From: Macrostomum lignano
Taxonomy: Eukaryota
Reading direction: 5' to 3'
DNA length: 64,000 bases
NCBI GenBank assembly: GCA_002269645.1
Contig: NIVC01000578.1
Location: forward strand, 262,549-326,548
Made by a program: the position numbers and the translations under genes. The notes beneath the pieces are model-generated. The model was given only the letters and a program-made list of their open reading frames with translations. It was not told where the DNA came from and made no database searches. Shown here piece after piece: positions 59,521-64,000 of the stretch. Within the stretch, counting starts at the first letter, position 1. Each line of letters starts with the position of its first letter.

Positions 59521-61548
59521 ATGACAAGGCAATTGAGGCGACAAGCAAATAAGGATTTGCTGGGCTTGTTCATGGAAGGAGAACAAGAAGCTTTGGAAGA
59601 CATCGCACTGCAAGAGAAAAAAAGAAAAGTATTCGAAGCAGATGATTCTGGGAGAGTCGCCGGTTTCATCGCTTCGGAGTCCTCTGTAGCAGAAGTCAAT
59701 GAAGGTACGGATCCAGATCTTGACAACGACAATGGCAGCTATCCTGATTTTGACGAGTTCGCGCGAGTTTGCAGCGATGAAGATGAGGAGATTGACAAGA
59801 AAGAGGATGACCGCTCTTTAGAAGATAAAATATTCGCCTTGCTGGTAGTCTACTTTTCTTGTTTCAACCTAAGTCGTGGATCTAAAAAATTCCTTGTTGA
59901 TGGTCTAAGAGACATAGGCTTGCCTGCGCCGAAGTCTGTCAACTCTATTGAGGCCGTCATCAATGCTGGCGATCCAACGGAAAAATTGGAGCCCATGGGA
60001 AAAGGCCATTTTCGCTACATTTCGATTCTGAAAAATCTAGAACTAATGTTTCGCAAAAACCAGCTGCACATGAAGCCAGAATATCTACAACACGATAGTG
60101 AAACTGAGAAGGTTTACAAAATTGAAGCCATCGTTAATTTTGACGGCTTGCCTTTGTACCGAGCAAGCCACTTCGGTCTTTGGCCCATACTTATGTCTAT
60201 TCCCAGCATATTCAGCAGACCTTTTCCAGTAGCCGTATGGGCTGGTTGTGGCAAGCCACCTCTGAATGATTATCTTCGACAATTTTGCGACGAGGCTAAA
60301 CGTTTTCTTACGGGTCCAATAAAAATTATCGAAAATTTAAGCATCAGCTTCTCGACTATCCGATTTGTTTGCGATGCGCCTGCTCGAGCCTGGGTCTCAG
60401 TAACTCAAGGGCACATGTCGTACGTCGGTTGCATGTACTGCAGGGCTACTGGACCTTATACCGACAACAGAGTAACATTTTCAACGAGCGTCGGGGAGTC
60501 TCGTAGCAGCCAACAATACCGAGAGGGAAAGGAGTCTAACCAGGAAAATAAAAAAATCGCTCTATCGCCCCTTCTAAATTTGCCTAACATTAGTTTTGTC
60601 GATGCTTTTCCCCCTGACTACCAGCATGCCGTATGCCTTGGAGTCACAAGGAAGCTATTTTACCTATTTTTCGACAAATCTAATGGCAAGAAGTGTCTCG
60701 TCTATCCCGGTCCGATGAGCCTATTGGGCGACCGAATTACTATGGCTGCCGGTTGGACACCTTCAAACTTTCAACGAAGACCCCGGAAAATCGACTTGGA
60801 ACTGAAGCACATGAAGGCTACTGAATTCAGACAGTACTTGCTGTACCTAGGACCTGTCCTCTTCAAAGGCATTTTAAATGAAGAAAGGTATAACCACTTT
60901 CTTTACCTCCATTTCGCCATTTACGCATACTCCAACGAAAGGTACTCCAAGTGGTGGACGCAGGCAAAAACTTGCATTGAAGTTTTTGTTGAACGGGCTG
61001 CCCACCTTTACGGCCAGAAGTTTATAAGTTTCAATCTTCACACTATTCTTCATTTGGATGAGTTTGTCCGAAAGCTAGGCAGTTTAAACAACTTTTCGAC
61101 TTTCCCTTTCGAAAACTTTCTTGGATCTGTAAAGCGCCGCGTAAAGGTGACAAGGCACATGGCAGCGCATTCAGTTAAGCAGGTGCTCAGAGTTCGCGAT
61201 CTTCTGTTGAATGAGCAGCGAATTCCACCGTTGAAATTCAGCACAAAGCGAGGTGATAATTGTTGCATAATCGACAAAGTATGCGTCCTAATCGAAGCTG
61301 TAAGTGAAGCTAATCAAGTCACTGGCAGGATTTTACACCCAGTTGACAACATCTACGCCAACCCATATCCATCTTTGCGTCTGGGAATCGGCTTGTACAG
61401 GATGACATCTGGTGTTCTAACTGGCACACCTGAGCGAAAGTGCTGGATTTTGCCTGCGAATCTGCTTGCCAATCTTGCTGGAGCGGACAGGGATCCAGCA
61501 AGCCATTTTTTTGTCATTCCTCTGACAGGTGACTCCGAGGAGGCCTGA
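59521..61548 (+). CDS. EnSpm/CACTA (CMC)-type DDE transposase, single exon, 675 aa, apparently intact
   Basis: VNFDGLPLY...LWPIL; FVCDAPARA...GHMSYVGCMYC; PDYQHAVCLGV; MKATEFRQYLLYLGPVLFK; FNLHTILHL; FPFENFLGSVK. Confidence 0.9.
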   Translation: MTRQLRRQANKDLLGLFMEGEQEALEDIALQEKKRKVFEADDSGRVAGFIASESSVAEVNEGTDPDLDNDNGSYPDFDEFARVCSDEDEEIDKKEDDRSLEDKIFALLVVYFSCFNLSRGSKKFLVDGLRDIGLPAPKSVNSIEAVINAGDPTEKLEPMGKGHFRYISILKNLELMFRKNQLHMKPEYLQHDSETEKVYKIEAIVNFDGLPLYRASHFGLWPILMSIPSIFSRPFPVAVWAGCGKPPLNDYLRQFCDEAKRFLTGPIKIIENLSISFSTIRFVCDAPARAWVSVTQGHMSYVGCMYCRATGPYTDNRVTFSTSVGESRSSQQYREGKESNQENKKIALSPLLNLPNISFVDAFPPDYQHAVCLGVTRKLFYLFFDKSNGKKCLVYPGPMSLLGDRITMAAGWTPSNFQRRPRKIDLELKHMKATEFRQYLLYLGPVLFKGILNEERYNHFLYLHFAIYAYSNERYSKWWTQAKTCIEVFVERAAHLYGQKFISFNLHTILHLDEFVRKLGSLNNFSTFPFENFLGSVKRRVKVTRHMAAHSVKQVLRVRDLLLNEQRIPPLKFSTKRGDNCCIIDKVCVLIEAVSEANQVTGRILHPVDNIYANPYPSLRLGIGLYRMTSGVLTGTPERKCWILPANLLANLAGADRDPASHFFVIPLTGDSEEA

Positions 61549-63220
61549 TGTAGGACGCGTGAGTCGCAAGTGAGTACTAAAAATATCTTTCTCTGGTTTT
61601 TTATATCAATCCGATTTCCTTCTATCTCGATTCTCGTATTCCCTGTATTCTGCAATTCTGCAATTTCTTCCTGTATATGTTCTCAGCTTCAACACGCAGA
61701 CATGATTGTAGATTGTGAGTTAAATATTAGTATATTACGATGCATACTCGATCGCAACTGCCATTTTATCTTTACTTTTAGGATCCGCAGTTTCACGAGT
61801 TTACTACAAGCCTGGCGATCGGTCATTCATGAACTGGAGTTATTTTAGAGACTGATTATATTGATTCTATCTTTATTGTTTACATTCTTGAACCCTAGAA
61901 TTAGGTACAGCTTAAAATTCGGTGTTATAGAGGCCGGAGGGGTAATTTAGCTCAAAACTGTGTAGGAGGGGTGGAGGGGCCGGAAACTTAGTGGGAGGTG
62001 ATGCCGCTGTATGTGGCTGAAATGGGGGATTTATTTTCTTAAACCCCAGTATACGAGTATGAAATACTAATGGTATTGTATACAGTATTCCTACCTCCAA
62101 TTCAAGCCAACAGAATTTTTGTAATATTTTACTTATCCCATTGATAATAATCAACTAGCTGCACAACTGTAATTTCCATCTGTTACCATCTGGTTTTACT
62201 TTTAAGCACATATAAAATGCTATGAATATTTTCTTTCTTTTGCTGGCACCTATTTTAGGTCAGATCGAATCAATACTTTCCGTATCAAAGTATTTATGTG
62301 TTTATGCTAGGTTGTAACTTATAAAATATATATATATAGTTCAGACCTTGTCAAGCCTCGCACGAAATTCGTCTTTGTTCTTCCTTTATCTTTGGTGCAA
62401 TATGGGAATAGAAAAAACTTGATGACCTGCACTGATAAGGAGTCAGGACAGTTTGTTTGTTTCGCATAGGTTCGCTTAAGCAGGCAAGAACGGTACAACG
62501 TAGAAATTCCCATATCACTTCTCTAGCCTTTCTTCTAACCCCCCCCCACCCAACTGAAATGAATTGGCCAAAATTAGCTGTCACCTCTAGGTTAAAATAA
62601 TTCCTTGCATTGCCCTGTCATTACGGGTTATTGCCACTGGCCAGGAAATTCAAAACATTTTTCTAAGAGCAACTCAAAATGAGTAAGCTTTATACAGGCT
62701 ATAATTGATGAGAGATTTCTGTTAATGAGAGATAAAGCCCACACGGGTTTTATTGATGTCGGGTTGTAAAAGACGATCGCAAATAGAGAACAATATAGCG
62801 AGAATATTCAAGCTGGCGGACGTGCGCCGAGCTATAATTTTCTGTTAACTCGGGGATTCAGTAAGACTAGAATAATTGAGTGGCAAAAACTGTCATGAGA
62901 ACGCAAAGGCACTTTGAAACCTTTATGATTCAGTGGATTTATTCATCCGGAAAAATGACAAGGCGGGGGTTAGATTGTTATTTATTCATGACCTGTCCCA
63001 TTTGAGCTCTGACCGCCTCTGAATATGAAAACTGAGAAAATATCTATGTCTATGTATCCCTCCTTATCAAAATGTGACTGAGTGACTGTGCCCTACTCGT
63101 AATCGGGGAGATAAATGAAGGGGAGACAGGGGAGACAGTCTCCTATCTCCAATCTCCCATGTCTCTTATTTGCCATTATGCAGTTAACTGGGCCCGTCAT
63201 GCATAGCCTACTGCAGGCTG

Positions 63221-63290
63221 CAGGGGTCAGCAAACTCCAGCCCACGGGCCACATGCGGCCCGCAGTCTCTCTATCCAGCCCTCGGGTCCT
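63221..63290 (+). mobile_element. hAT (Charlie/OC1-SPIN-like) terminal fragment
   Basis: CAGGGGTCAGCAAACT...CCCACGGGCCACATGCGGCCCG resembles that family's terminus. Confidence 0.55.
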
Positions 63291-63422
63291 TTCTAACTTC
63301 CCATGCCAATAACAATCCAGCCCGCTCAAGGTTTGCATCTCTTCTCAGCTTTTTTGCTAATTTCTTCTCCTTTTCTCATCAAAATCTCCCCTCTCTCCTC
63401 CTTTCCCCTCTTTCCTTGCTCC

Positions 63423-63608
63423 CAGTGGCGCAACCAGGGGGGCGGGGGGGGGGGGGGGCCCCCCCCTTAGGCGGAGACCCAGAAAAAATTGAAGGGGGAC
63501 CAAGCGAATTTTCGCCAAAAACAGAGCCTCCCCTCCGCCCCCTCCCTCACGGGACTTTACCTTCCAGAATCCGCCCCCCCCCTCAAAAAATTTCTGGTTG
63601 CCCTACTG
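63423..63608. mobile_element. hAT-type MITE (186 bp)
   Basis: TIR CAGTGGCGCAACCAG / CTGGTTGCCCTACTG; perfect 8-bp TSD CTTGCTCC at 63415-63422 and 63609-63616. Confidence 0.85.
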
Positions 63609-63945
63609 CTTGCTCCCTTCCTCTGACATCTCTCCTTTCGCCTCTCTCCTCTCTCCCTTTATCTCCCTTCTTTCTCTCATCTCGCCTCTCTCCTCTCTTC
63701 CCTCCTCTCACATCTCACATCTCTCCCCTCTCCCCTCCACTCTCCTCCTTCTGGCCCGCAGTCTTGAGCTAGATTCTCTATCTGGCACTTAAAGTAAAAT
63801 AGTTAGCCAATCCCTCGCAAGGAATTTCGATCATTACAATGAGCAAAAGTTGACATTAACAAAATTTTGGCGGGCGCGTTGTGCCAAGCCTGAACAGCTT
63901 CTCTAGACAGCACTCTGTGCTCTCCAGAATTACTTGAACTGTTAG

Positions 63946-64000
63946 CAGTGGCGCAAGCAGAATTTCTTATGTGGGGGGGGGGCGGATTCTGAAGGGTAAA
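63946..64000. mobile_element. Second copy of the same MITE family in opposite orientation, running off the window
   Basis: CAGTGGCGCAAGCAGAATTTC...GGGGGCGGATTCTG matches the reverse complement of the right end of 63423-63608. Confidence 0.65.

Larger units (their letters stand above)
55670..61900. mobile_element. EnSpm/CACTA-type autonomous element; boundaries uncertain
   Basis: Transposase plus divergent accessory gene; candidate left end CCCAGTGGGAAATTC at 55670 followed by GC-rich GGCGCCCGGTGG repeats; no matching right end found in the window. Confidence 0.55.

Overview
Eukaryotic (animal) genomic DNA: GC-rich host exons, introns and intergenic space filled with mini/microsatellites, and many DNA transposons. 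The style suggests a flatworm such as Macrostomum, but that is inference. Host genes, in order: last exon of a CNNM Mg2+ transporter (+), an intronless CDK5 activator p35 (CDK5R1, -), a 9-exon four-FAS1-domain adhesion protein with signal peptide and GPI-type tail (+), ATP6AP2 (-, first coding exon not found), and an ankyrin + PUFD-like (BCOR-like) gene (+). Mobile DNA: a near-intact DD34D mariner; a 4.9-kb Mutator/Foldback-like element with array-containing TIRs, a 9-10 bp TSD and a 5'-truncated but cleanly spliced transposase-Ulp1 protease-PHD finger gene; an EnSpm/CACTA-type transposase paired head-to-head with a 6-exon BEN/DUF4806-like gene; a non-autonomous CCC-ended element; several MITEs; and a 2.2-kb solo-LTR-like segment. 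Two tandem segmental duplications (2.38 kb and 1.09 kb) both restart inside tandem arrays. Most long ORFs in the supplied track are translated satellites. Splice models were built by hand and checked for phase. Domain calls rest on recalled motifs, not database searches.
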